A stretch of 64,000 bases of DNA from Octopus vulgaris (Eukaryota). A model generated the notes under the pieces. That model was not told the origin of the DNA. It saw only the letters and a program-made list of their open reading frames with translations, and did not search any database. Shown in pieces: positions 24,129 through 37,369 of the stretch. The stretch covers positions 57,722,001 to 57,786,000 of the forward strand of contig OX597816.1 of NCBI GenBank assembly GCA_951406725.2. The letters run 5' to 3'. Every line of letters starts with the position of its first letter. Within the stretch, counting starts at the first letter, position 1. A program made the translations under genes and the position numbers.

Positions 24129-25337
24129 AAACTCCTGCCTGGTTAGTCTGACTTCATCATGTTTTTTGGTGATTAAACTATTTTCTTCCTTTCTGTGATG
24201 TTCTACCCTATTGATCAAATTATGTATATTTGTAATGGCTTTTATGTAAGTAAATCTCCTAATTATATACTCCCTAGAAACTATAAAATCATATATGTAA
24301 CAGAGAATTTATGGCAACTTATAAAATCTCTTCGGTCTGAATACCTCCAACTGCCCTCACTACTTCTATACCAACTACTTCCTCTTTTGGGGTCACCTTT
24401 ATCTCTTCCCTACCTCAAATTTTAATACCCTGTCTCTTTAAATGTAAGTTATATATATTTCTTATCATTTTCTATAAATTCTTTTTTTATTTTCTTATTT
24501 TGATACCTTTACCTATTAAGCTCTCATCTCTAAAAGTTGCTACTGTTCTTAACCAGAGATTTTTCACCTACTTAGGTCTATGCAAGATGGTTATACTATA
24601 TCCATACAAACATATAAATATTTGCATATGTGTATTTATGCATATATGTGTAGAACCTATTAACCTCTTAACCCTTATAAATTGTTCTTTCTTGTTTGTA
24701 AATGGATACTTTTTAGTTACTTAAGTCTATGTGAAATGTATAAACAATCACCCATAGTACCCCATGATAAAATTTCCTCTGCATTAATATCATAGGTTTT
24801 ATTAGCATCTTGCCCCTTTAACTGGTAATTAACACCATGATTTAGGGTCATCCCCTACTCAACTTCCTTTATAGACAGTTACTTTAACCCAAATTTACTA
24901 CTCTTAATACCTTGACGATATCTATGACCATACCAAGCCATGAGCTGTCAACTCACTCTTGTCCTTTATTCAAAGTGGACACAGTCTTCTAGTCTTAGAT
25001 TTAGTAGTTGACAAAAAGACAAATAAATTGGAAATGAACTACAATCTTTTACAAGCTATGCCACAGTAAGCTTCATGCCTTTCTTAGAAGTGTAGTCTAT
25101 CGTTAGCTACAATAGCAACAACATAGATCTTCCATCTTCTTGCTCTGTTGAAGTATTTGAGTAAAATTATAGTAATGTCTCCAACTGATTAAAATTATAT
25201 TTATTTTTGCAGCTGATGATAGCCCTGCATTTAAATTGATGTAATGATTACATTGTGCAATTAAATGGAGCCGCTTGAAACAGTTGTACTACATCACTTC
25301 TTGATGTCCTGTTGCTTATTTTTTGATAATATATATA

Positions 25338-25509
25338 AATAAGAAAATGGAAGAATAGATTTCTTCCAATCATCAACTACCAGATAATACCAATTCATAT
25401 AGGATTTGGATGTTCCTATTTAATCTAAATAATTAGTTAATAAATTATATGAATTGGTATTATCTGCTAGATGATGATTGAAAGAAATCTATTCCTCCAT
25501 TTTCTTATT
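25338..25509. repeat. Inverted repeat, ~63-bp arms and ~45-bp spacer
   Basis: aataagaaaatggaagaatagatttc...caattcatata pairs with tatatgaattgg...ccattttcttatt. Confidence 0.85.
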
Positions 25510-25693
25510 TTGTATTATGAATTTTAGGTAAAGCATTTTACCTTCGCCCATATAATACAATAAATGAATTAATTGCATTGCAATTCTTAGCATTTATGTA
25601 TTAGCCTTTCTGGGTACTTTACTGGCAGTAGATTGGTTAAATGATATCCCATAGTGGGTTACACTCATAACCCCTATCTCACTTTGTATATAT

Positions 25694-26685
25694 TGTTACG
25701 GAATCACCCGTCGCCGCTCGCCCGAATGGGCAAGTTCGCCACGGAACCCAAAGAGGAGAGAGGAGAGATACAACAACAACCGCAGCAGCAGCACAGAGAG
25801 ACACAGAGGCAACCGAGAGAGACACAAAACTGCAAGGCAACAACTGGCTTACATTTAACAACTAGTTTATGACAATCAATTGTTACAACATCAAAGCATT
25901 TAAAGGAAACAACAAATCAATACAGGTATACAACAGATCAAAGCATTTAAACATGCAAGTAACAATATAACAGTCCGGTATCGACAACAAGTCATATACA
26001 GTTCGAAGGACATTATACAATGTTCAAATCACAACACTGTACAAAATGTCTTTACACAATTCACATTGTTCATTTCACTGTCTCAGTTCTTTTCACTGTT
26101 CAATACACCAATTCTTTTTTTCCCTTCTACAGTCTCTTTACATCGTAGCACGTATCAATACAATTAAATACCTTAATTCCTAATTAGAATAGCCAGTGTC
26201 CCATATTGTAGTTTCTCTCTCTCAGCGCTGCTAGCTCCAACTTGCCAAGCTCCTGAATCCCAACCGCTTGCTCCTAAAATTCCAACTGCTCTCTTTGACG
26301 ACCGAATACCAACTGTCCCTCTATCACTACCCCTCAATCTGTCTCTACTGCTCATACCCTCTCCATCTGCTCTCAGCCCTAACTGCCTATCTCTATCCTT
26401 AATCTGTCTCTTAGCCTTATACTCTCTCTATCCCGCCTGGTCCTATGTCCCTATCTTAATCGGTGCTGCTGCTGTCATCCTCTCTATCTGCTCTCAGATT
26501 CCTTACTCTATCTTTCTCACTACTTCACATCTCTCTGACCCCCAATCGACCGGCAAGGCCAAAGGTCCCCCCCAAAAAGCCATTACTCTTCCAGTAAACA
26601 AAGGGCTGTCGCTTTTTACTCCAGGCCTGCAGGCGCCACTCCCACAAAGTGGGTCAAGAAATACTGCACTAGCCAAACCATAACA
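25694..26685. mobile_element. Solo LTR (Gypsy-like), ~990 bp
   Basis: Termini TGTTACGG...CCATAACA (TG..CA, short inverted) with ATAT on both sides. Non-coding interior. Confidence 0.65.
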
Positions 26686-27869
26686 ATATATATATGTATA
26701 AAACTATTGAAAAGGTTGCAAGACGCAACGAAAATTTTAGAAAAATAAAAAAGGAATAAGTGGAAATTTTACTGGTGAGTGTGTTTAAATTATAAGGCAC
26801 AAAAAGAAAATGACTCTCCCCAGACACAACAGAATATGCTTCAATACATGAACTCACATAAAGAATCTTGCAAGCCAAATCCAAAAACGAAATACACACA
26901 CACATTGGGCAGCTTTTAAGCTAGCTCCAATGGTGAGCTCTTCATTGGACCTGAAGCCCAACAATGACACTTCATGCATTGAGTAGATATTAAATTTTAT
27001 TATACTTGTCCAATATTTTTCAAGCAATGAACAATTCTCATCAAAACAATGATATAATTTGTTGACTTGGAACTTATTGCAAAGCTGCATGATAAACAAC
27101 ATTTTTTTGTCTTACCATGCAAGGGTCAGTACAACTATTTTTTTCTTTCTAACCTCATTCTTTCTCTCTCTTTTTCTGCTCATTATTTTCAACCATCACC
27201 AGTACCACCACCATCACCACCATTCAGACTTCTGATGCCACCACCATCAATACCTTTGACTTTGCCACCATCACCGCTGTATTTCACATCCCTTACTACC
27301 ACCGTCATGCTTGACTGCCTCAGCTACCACCACCACCACCACCACCACCATCATCACCGTCGCCTCCACCTCTATCACAACTACAGCTCATACTAATACC
27401 CCATTACCGTGACAACTGTCAATCTACTACCACCTTCACTGTCTCTGTGCCTACTATTATTCTCACTCCAGCAAGAGAAGTAGAAGAAGTGAATAGTGAG
27501 AGAAGGGACAAAGTGTGACACACTGACACACAGAAATTCGGTTTGACATTTATTATTATAGATGTATGTATTTGCGTAGCTGTTTGTTCACCCACCATTG
27601 CTTGACAACTGATGTTGATGTTTATGTACCCCTAACTTAGCAGTTCGGTAAAAGAGACCAATGAAATAAGTACTAGGGTCAATTTGTTTGACTTAAGGTG
27701 GTGCTCCAGCATGGCCGCAGTCAAATGGTTAAAACAAAAGAATACAAGATTCCAAAAATGCCGACAGAATATGAAGAGCTGTCCAAGTCCATTTGTCTGT
27801 TTGTATGGCTGGATGCCCTTCCAAATGCCAACCACTTTACAGAGTGCTCCACTAGGTGCTTTTAACATG

Positions 27870-28325
27870 GTACCACCACCAGTAAATTTTATGTGGCACA
27901 TTTTACGTGGCACTTAACATGTAGCATCATCACCATTGTTTTTCATGTGGCACCAGCACCAGTAAATTTTATGTGGCACATTTTACGTGGCACTTAACAT
28001 GTAGCATCATCACCAATGTTTTTTCATGTGGCACCAGTAAATTTTATGTGGCACATTTTATATGGCACTTAACATGTAGCATCATCACCAATGTTTTTCA
28101 TGTGGCACCAGTAAATTTTATGTGGCACATTTTACATGGCACTTAATATGTACCATCATCACCAATGTTTTTTTATGTGGCACCAGCACCTGTACATTTT
28201 ATATGGCACTTAACATGTAGCATCATCACCAATATTTTTTATGTGGCACCAGCACCAGTACATTTTACGGGGCACTTAACATGTAGCACTATCACCAGTG
28301 TTTTTCATGTGGCACCAGCACTGAC
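27870..28325. repeat. Minisatellite (~60-80 bp units, 5-6 copies) inside a minus-strand family C-like element
   Basis: Repeated caccagtaaattttatgtggcac...gtggcacttaacatgtagcatcatcacca. Confidence 0.85.
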
Positions 28326-28847
28326 GGGATCATCGAGTATCTTGCAAGACAAGAACCCCTCAACAGGGAGCAGAGAGTAATATCAGTGGGGGTATGGCTT
28401 TGAGGTATCGAAGGGACAGATGCAGGTGCCTTGCTGTAGGGTAGGTACATGGATACCCCGGTTAGAAAACAAAGGCAAGAGAGTTGGAGAGGATGTGTTG
28501 CAGACATGTTCTTGAGGGACATGGTGGTGGTGGGGGGGTAGTGAGACCACGTGAGGTGATATAGGGGTTTGGGCCGGGTGAGTGGGAAGGATGAGGTGAC
28601 TGTCGCAAACAAGTATTTTTTTTTAGGTCTTGGATTAATAAAAGATGAATATAGTTCTGAATGCAAAATATTGACTGTTATGTAGCATGAATTTGAGAGA
28701 CATTGATCTTCGGTGAATGGAAGGCAGAAAGAGCTACATGATTGATTTGGTGGTGGAAAGGAATGTTGGGGGTATTGATCTGAAAGAAATACTATTTGAA
28801 ACAGGTTCACTAACGGATTTAGTCAGAAAATGTTCTGGATATATTGA

Positions 28848-29435
28848 GAGAGGGGGGTGGGGAAGAGGAGGGAGAAAGGAGAGAGTGAGAGAGGGGGAGG
28901 GGAGGGAGAAAGGAGAGAATGAGAGACGGGGAGGGGAGGGAGAGAGAGGAGGAAGAGAGGGGAGAGTGAGAGATGGAGGTAGGGGAGAGGGAGAGAGATG
29001 GGGTAGGGGAGAGGGAGAGGAAGGAGAAAGGGGAGGTAGAGGAGAGTGAGAGAGATAGGGTAGGGGAGAGTGAGAGAGAGAGAGAGAGGAAGGAGAATGG
29101 GGAGGTAGGAGAGAGTGAGAGAGATGGGGTAGGGGAGAGTGAGAGAGAGAGGAAGGAGAAAGGGGAGGTAGGGGAGAGTGAGAGAAAACGAGAAAATGAG
29201 AGAAAGGGGGAAAACAAGAAGAGAATGAGAGAGGGGGAGAAAGAGAGGAGAGAAGGAAAGAGGAAATAGGAGAAAGCGGAGATGTTCTCAGCACAGCTTG
29301 TAATAAAGGAAAGAGAGAAAGGAGGTAGGAAGGAGAGATTGAGAGTGAGAGAGCGAGAGATGGTGCAAGAATGTGAGTGATAAAAGGAGTAACTGAGAGA
29401 GAGAGTAGAAGAGAGAGAGAGAGAGAGAGGGGGGG
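28848..29435. repeat. Polypurine (GA-rich) low-complexity tract
   Basis: Almost exclusively G/A on the + strand. Confidence 0.9.
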
Positions 29436-29649
29436 AGTACTGCAGTATTTCTGACGTCATTAATTTGTTTCAGTTTTAGTGCCGGGTTCTGGCAAAGTCT
29501 ACGTATTTCTGGTATTGTTGTAAATTATTGGCGGAGTAGGAAATGGCAGCAATAATAACAAGGTGCCTACCATCCACACTTCTAACATTATCACTGCTGC
29601 ATTCAGATGGAGCGCGCGCACACACACACGACCTTCCCAGCTCTGAGCA

Positions 29650-29680
<31 letters not shown>

Positions 29681-30120
29681 GCATGTGGGTGCGTGCGTGC
29701 GTGAGTGCGTGTGTTCAGAATCTGTTTATTACAAATATTGCAATGTCGGATTGAAATAAACAGACTCTGAAACCGTATGATTCTGCGTTTTTTTCATTAT
29801 TCTCCCCTTTATGCTACATGAAATCCACAGAAACAAACACACGAAACTAATTTCGTTTGAAGTACACTGTATCAGTGATTATCTTAAACAAGTCTGTGTT
29901 CTTTATCATTCGATGTGGTTAGCCAATTCTGGATAATACCAGAGTACAAATCTGTATTTCATTATAGTGTGTGTATGATATAAACAAAATCGAACACACA
30001 TACAAAAGCTATGCGTGGTGTTAGTTCGTGCGTTGGCTGCAGTTTTAGGCGTAGGAGAACATATCCCACTATGCGCCTGGTAACAACACCAGGCATAATA
30101 GAGGATAGGTGATCACTCAC

Positions 30121-30210
30121 TTTTGGTCTCAGAACTGCCACATGTTGGTTAGTTTCCGCGAAAAAATGTTATTTATTTACTTCTGGTTTCATGGCGTGTC
30201 GAAGGCGACA
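30121..30210 (-). promoter_or_regulatory. Candidate promoter and first exon for LicD paralog 2
   Basis: Minus-strand donor aaaa|gtgagt at 30120. Adjacent CpG-containing motifs tttccgcg (E2F-like) and atggcg (YY1-like). Candidate acceptor ttctttattttaacag ends at 21556. Confidence 0.3.
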
Positions 30211-30318
30211 TTTGCTTTGGAGTTGGAAAGTGAAAGCTGAAAGATAATGTGTGTATGTTGTGTGTGTGTGTGTGTGTGTATTTATGTACGTGTTTATGAA
30301 AGCTAATGGGTGTACATG

Positions 30319-30356
<38 letters not shown>

Positions 30357-31027
30357 CATGTTCTGTTTTATGTATTTGTATTCACTCACATACGCACACA
30401 AACACACATGTACACCCATTATCTTTCATATACACGTACATACATAAATACACACACCACACGCACACACAACCATTATCTTTTATATACACGTACATAC
30501 ATAATTATCCACGTGTGCAACCATTATTTTACATATACGCGTACAAACATGAATACACGCATTCTAGGCCCTAGGGGATATATTCTCATACGCCTAAAAA
30601 CCGCAGTCGAACACACGAACTAACAACAGGCATACTTTGTGCAGTTTATGCCTGGCTGAGAAGAGAGCAATTTTAAACGGTACTTAACACCCATTGTTTA
30701 TCTTTGATCTTGTCAACTGCACAGTATAGTAGGGTCCGTCGGGCACCGTCTACGAGAAAAGCAGCACCATGACGCCATTCACTCTGCTAGATGTATACCT
30801 GAATAGAAGGAGTGAAGTGTTTAATCCTTACCCACATGAAAGGAAGTGCATCCTATTGTACCTGCACACCCAACCATGATTGCAACCAGAGGTCCCAGCC
30901 TCAACCTTACGCCAATGTCCTCAAGCCCAACAGAGAGTTTGACCAAAGTACACACCAAAGCACCCATGTACACACACACACAGACCAATAAGGCAGAAAC
31001 CACACAGCCACGCCTCAACAATATAAT

Positions 31028-31400
31028 ATCTCTATATATAAACGGCAAAATGTCTGTCTGTGTGTGTGTCCTTTATACAAATCCACAATTTTTCAGTTAG
31101 AGGGCTCGCACTTTCTATGGTCATTCAAAACCGTCCAAGGGTGGTTGTGCACATCTTTACATTTCCCCAGTCACCCCGCAAAGCCATTAAAAAATCAACA
31201 GAAGTTACTCTTTTGTGAATTTTCTATCCAAAATCCAATCAAAATGCCTGAAACTTGATACTCCAATTGAATGCCAGCTAGTTGTATGTGATTGGTCGGA
31301 GATTTGGACAGTACTCGCGTGTATGTGCGCACGCACGCAGCTGTATATGCATGCACTAGCACTATAGAGCTAGTCTCAAATATAACTGTTTTGGATTCTC
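31028..31400 (+). mobile_element. Helitron-like 5' end
   Basis: a|tctctatatataaacggcaaaatgtctgtctgtgtgtg is typical of animal non-autonomous Helitron starts. Confidence 0.5.
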
Positions 31401-31971
31401 AAAATGTGTGTGTATGTGTGCTTGTTTAAACTCAAGCTTTCTTTTAGAGACATGCATTTCCTCTTCTCAGACACAGTCACTCCTTCACTCATCTCACACA
31501 CTTATTCTCACTCCTCTTCTCTCAGACACATTCATTCTCACGCCGCTTTCTTACTTTCACATCAATTCTCATGTCACCCTCTCTGACATTTATTCTCCTC
31601 CTCGTCCTCTCTTTCTGCACCACTTACATATTGTATTTTCTTGTAAGTCCTCTCAGATCAATATAGCTAACACGGGCGCGCGCACACACACACGTGTATC
31701 TGTGTCTGTATTAACATACGTACACATCTATACATACACACACACATTCTTTCTTCCGCATCAACTCCCTCTTCGCTTTCCGCTGTTCCACTCCTCACAC
31801 CATTACTACTCACTCACTATATTCTATTACCTAACTCATTTATTTCTCTAATCATTTTTTTTTTTACATATTTTATTTCTTCCGTCTGTATTATAATCCT
31901 CCTTCCTTCAGCTACACATATTACTCTCACCCACTCCCTTTCTAATCTTCTAATCCCTTGTCCCCCCTCCA

Positions 31972-32011
<40 letters not shown>

Positions 32012-32607
32012 GCTACTAAGCTCTAATCTCTAATCTCGTAATCTTGTATCGAAGATTTTCCCCTCCCCCCTTCTCTTTCCATATATCTTTTACTTTACGG
32101 CGACGTAAACGCACCAAACACAGAAACACACACACGTGTGCATGTGTGTGTGTGTGTGTACGACAGGCTTCTTTCGGTTTCTGTCTCCCAAAGCCACTCA
32201 CCAGGCTTTGGTCCAAGGCTTAGAAGACATTTGCCGATGGTGCCACGCAGTGCGACTGAACCCATGAACAATGCGATTGGGAAGCATATAAACTTCTTTC
32301 TTACCAAACAACAATGCCTGCGCATTATGGGGTTTAACAGTTCATACAAACCAAATGCTGTAATTAAAAGGCAAAGGTGGAAACAGCACGAAGATATGTT
32401 TAAGGATTTTTCATATTTGTTACATTAAGTGACTTCTTGTTAGATTAAGAATGACTCTTGCAAAAGTCACTGAATGAAACAAATATAGAAAAAAGAATCG
32501 TTAAACATACTTTCGTGCTATTTCCACCTTTACATTTTTCTTCTTCTCTCTCTCTCTCTCTCTCTCTGCATGTATGTGTATATATACACACACTCATATA
32601 TATATCT

Positions 32608-32841
32608 ATTTCTTTACTACCCACAAGGGGCTAGAGACAGAGAGGACAAACAAGGACAGACAAACGGATAAAGTCGATTATATCGACCCCAGTGCGTAAC
32701 TGGTACTTATTTTTAATCGACCCCGAAAGGATGAAAGGCAAAGTCGACCTTGGTGGAATTTGAACTCAGAACGAAACGGCAGACGAAATACGGCTACGCA
32801 TTTCGCCCGGCGTGCTAACGTTTCTGGCCAGCTCGCCGCCT
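32608..32841 (-). mobile_element. SINE-like family B
   Basis: Similarity to 22774-23000. Confidence 0.85.
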
Positions 32842-32895
32842 AACTCATATATATATATATATCTGTCTCTTTCTCTCTGCCTATATGTGTGTGTA

Positions 32896-32974
<79 letters not shown>

Positions 32975-33121
32975 AAAGAAAGATACTACACTTATGATAT
33001 ATTAATATATTAGGAACACATAGAATGAGTGGCTTGCTAGTGTTTTATCAGTTTCAGCTCAAAGCTGTGACCCTGCTAGGGCACCGCCGTTTTGCTACAC
33101 TGTTATTACTAAGAGCCTCCA

Positions 33122-33201
<80 letters not shown>

Positions 33202-33205
<4 letters not shown>

Positions 33206-33304
33206 ATTAAATGAATAATAACAGACGATGGCTAATCGTCAGCTCATTACTTGCTGTAATGAGCTGACAATTATCCATCGTCTGTTATTATTCACTTAAT
33301 TATA
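33202..33304. repeat. Near-perfect palindrome (~49-bp arms, 5-nt loop)
   Basis: tataattaaatgaataataacagacgatgg...cattac ttgct gtaatg...ccatcgtctgttattattcacttaattata. Confidence 0.9.
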
Positions 33305-36284
33305 ATACACCAAGGGAATTTGCGACTTGTCGGACACCCTAGAGAATAGCAACAACCTACAGTTCAACATAGCGCGTGCTTGGGACCAGCCCCTAGGCGC
33401 TAAATACTCATGGGGCCTTGGTTTTCTCTTGTGTACCCAACCGGGATATTCTATTTGATATTATCAATCATAGATCGGAACCACAGGTTTATCCAACCCT
33501 AATTGGTGCATGTCTTTTCAAGTACCCGATTCTACCTAAACCCTTTACTACACGCGCGCATATCTTCGTTCAACTGCCCCCTCTCCACCTCATTAGCTGC
33601 TAACCTTTGTAACAGAAATCTCATTCTCATTTCATTCGTGTCCCGACACACACATACACACTGATACAGGCACTTTACTTGCTGCATAAAAAATCCCCGC
33701 TAAAATCAACTCTGGCCACCTTTTAATCGGTTGTGAGATGAATCAAATAAAATACCAGTCGTATATTGGGGTAGGTTTAAAGACACTAACACCCGCCTCT
33801 GCCGGAAATGTGAGCTTGTGTCTCTGATAAAAAATCATTTCTCATCATCAACGACACGCGAACACGCCACAGGTAGAATGATAGACAGACAAACAGGTGG
33901 ACAAATAGACAGAGGCAGGCAGAGAGACAAAGAGACAACAGACAGACAAGGGAGATATTAATATATTCTCAAGCGCTTCTACAACTCTCTCTATCACACA
34001 TTTTCTTTCTCCCCCTCTAATATACACTCTTATTTTCTCTTTCTCTCTCTCTCTGTTTCTGACATTCACAGACATTCTCATTCTCTATCTCTCCTCTCTC
34101 TTATACACATTCTCACACACGCTCTTCTCTCTCCTCCTACAACGACCATATTCTCATTCTGCCACCAATTTCTTAACAACTACCAATGTCCTCTGTCTAG
34201 TAAGTCTCATTTCTCTCTCTCTTTCTCTCATCTTTCTATCCCCCCCTCTCTCTCTATCCAAATATCTTACACTATTACCCTCTCCCCCTTCCTCTAATCC
34301 ATATCTCCATTTCTCGAGTTGAGATTTTCTGCAAGAATTCTGTCGAACGAGACAATATTTCTGCCCAGACCTCCGAAGTACTTCTTGCCTCAAGAAAACA
34401 CTTCCCCCCCATCTTTATTATTCTTATCATCATCATCATCACCATTATTAACAACAATAACAATACTACAACTAATAATAATACAAATAAGAATAATAAT
34501 TATAAATTCTTGCATTTCGGCTGTCAGAGTGAGAATCGTGATTTCAAGGTAAGTTTCTGGTGTACCCTGACCTAAAAAGTCTACTTCTTTCTTCTCTTAC
34601 ATCACTAAATGCTCTGTTCCAGGTCTCAAAGACAGATTTTTCTTATTTAACCAACCTCAAAGATTATAAATGATTCTAATACTCTTGGGTGTCACTTATT
34701 CTTGGTTCCAGCTTTCCGTTCATTCAAATATCTCATTATTAAAAAAGGAGAAAAAAACAACAACATACGACAGATAATTAATAAAAAAAAAACAACAGTG
34801 TGCCTTATTTTGTACAATATAGTGATGTCAGAAATTGGACTGCAGGCCATACTGGAGCACAAGTTTCGAGGTTTTGATCTATGGTAAACGAAACCAGTGT
34901 TTTAATTTATCCATTTCCGTTGGATGACAAATTTTTGTTTTACAGGTAGAAAAGGTAATTGAATTCACCGGCCGGCTTACACCATACTCTGTGTGTGGTG
35001 AGGGTATGTATGTGTACACATTCTTAGTTTTATAGTCACTGACTTCAAAGTTTCACCGATACAAGTGCTACCCCTTATTATAAAAGCATAAATTACACAC
35101 ACACACAGAATAATGTAAAAGTTGTTAAGTTTATTAGGATGTTAGGTCTGTTTATTACAGTCTTTGCCCTAAACTGTTATTTATGACTGTTGAGAACAGC
35201 CCAGACCCATGCGAAACGCAGAGTAAGACAGACAACGTTTAAATACGTATGTGAGTGCGTGTGTTGTATGCATGTACAAACACACACACACACACTGGTG
35301 GGAGGTGGGGGGGGCAGATTGAGCGATGGATAAAGATAGGGCCTGGAGGTGGTCAATGGTGTACAGGGTGTATGGACAATGGTGAACAAAAGTTGCGTGG
35401 GGGGGATATGTGGGTGGACGATGTTATGAATGAAGGATGGATGAAAAGAGCAAGTGGCTTAGAGAGAGAGAGATAACGATGCTATATATTACCATCATTG
35501 TTTTAACCTCCACTTTCCCATGCTTGCATAGGTCAGACAGAATTTGAGGCAGATTTTCTATAGCTTGATGCTCTTCCTGCTGCCAACCTTCACCAATTTA
35601 TATGCCAAATAATATTTCCCCATGGCCAGACATGTTTTTCATGGAAGATTGGAAACAAACTACATTTGTGTGAAAGTGATGCTTGCTTTACAACTGTCAC
35701 ATGATGTCAAGACAATGAGACACACACAAACATTCATATCTATCTATCTATCGATATATATATATATATAAAATCATCATCATTTAACGTCCCTTTTTCC
35801 ATGCTGGCATGAGTTGGACAGTCTGACAAGAAGACAAGCCAGAGGGCACAGCCAGGTTCGATGTCTGCTTTGGTATAGTTTCTACAGCTGGATGCCCTTC
35901 AAATGCTAACCACTTTACAGAGTGTACTGGGTGCTTTTTATGTGGAACCAGCACTGGTGAGATCACTAAGTGGCTGCAAGATAAGACCCACTCCCCTGAG
36001 TGGGGGTGCAGACTGGAGAGAAGAAACTCTGATAGAAGGATAGGAGCAGGTGAATAGATGGCTTTCCCACCTGGAAAATGGGGGAGAGAAAGAAAGAGAT
36101 GTGAGTTTCAGGTAGATAATGTTGGGAGAAGTGGAAAAAAATAGATGAGCTGTGGGGGAAGGTTTGACAGCACCTCAATTCTGCTGAGATGGATGGATCT
36201 TCACAAGTACAGCATAACACTATTCATCTTGGTCTCCTATCATCTCCTCTGAGGTTTGACATCTTTATATATATATATATATAC

Positions 36285-36481
36285 ATACCGGAGTAAGCAC
36301 ATAAATGTGAAACAAGGTGGAAAAAAGAGTACTCAAATACCAGAGGTAGAGTAATATGCTTTATTTAAAAGCAGCAGAAATATAACAAAAGCTGTTACTC
36401 AGAGTTTCACGTTCCCGTTCGTCGGCGAACGTGAAACTCTTAGTAACAGCTTTTGTTATATTTCTGCTGCTTTTAAATAAA

Positions 36482-36487
<6 letters not shown>
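36285..36487. mobile_element. Penelope-like fold-back fragment containing a minimal hammerhead motif
   Basis: ~60-bp near-perfect arms at 36354-36414 and 36427-36487. Minus strand reads CCGACGA-ACG-ggaa-CGU-GAAAC-ucuga-GUA-acagc. Confidence 0.65.
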
Positions 36488-36523
<36 letters not shown>

Positions 36524-36747
36524 AACATGTATAGAGCAGTCTTCTATCAATTCTCATCTGTTGAATCATAACGCAGGCCTTTGGTTGGCACAGGAATATG
36601 GTAGGAAGACATTGGAACAGAGTGGTGAGAATCTGGGCCTCACTGAGGAGATGACAAGGAACCAAAACTGTTGGCAGTTTGCCTGTTGAGAAGACACATC
36701 AGGCTATGTAAAACCATGGCCATCCATATCTGCAAGCATATCCTTTA

Positions 36748-37095
36748 ACCAACTACATGGTTCCGGGTTCAGTCCCACTGTGGCACCTTGGGCAAGTGTC
36801 TTCTACTATAGCCTTGGGCTGACCAAAGCCTTGTGAGTGGATTTGGAAGACAGAAACTGAAAGAAGCCTGTCGTATATATGTATATATATATATGCGTTT
36901 GTGTGTTTGTCCCTAGCATTGCTTGACAACCGATGCTGGTGTGTTTATGTCCCCGTTACTTAGCGGTTCGGCAAAAGAGAGCGATAGAATAAGTACTGGG
37001 CTTACAAAAGAATAAGTCCCGGGGTCGAGTTGCTCGATTAAAGGCAGTGCTCCAGCATGGCCACAGTCAAATGACTGAAACAAGTAAAAGAGAAA
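36748..37095 (+). mobile_element. SINE family A (5' truncated)
   Basis: Similarity to the other family A copies. Confidence 0.85.
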
Positions 37096-37369
37096 GAGAA
37101 AGATATATATTATATGGCAGGCCTCCAAACAGCTTCCATCAACAAAAACCCACTCACAAAGCATTAATTGGCCCAGGGATCAGCATCATCATCATCACCA
37201 ACATTTAACATCCATTTTCCATGCTGGCATAGTTTGGACGTTTGACATAGAGCTGACCAACTGAGGAGCTGTCCAGACCCCAATTGTCTGTTGTAGCATT
37301 GTTTCTATGGCTAGATGCCCTTCATATTGCCAACCACTTTACAGAGTGTACTGGGTGCAGAAGCTATCT

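Noticed and set aside
24180-24950. Possible decayed Penelope GIY-YIG coding remnant on the minus strand
   Set aside because: Too degenerate to read diagnostic motifs by eye; it needs TBLASTN or an HMM search.
28717-29460. Ser/Pro/Leu- or Gly/Glu/Arg-rich ORFs
   Set aside because: They arise from a polypurine low-complexity tract that lacks stop codons.
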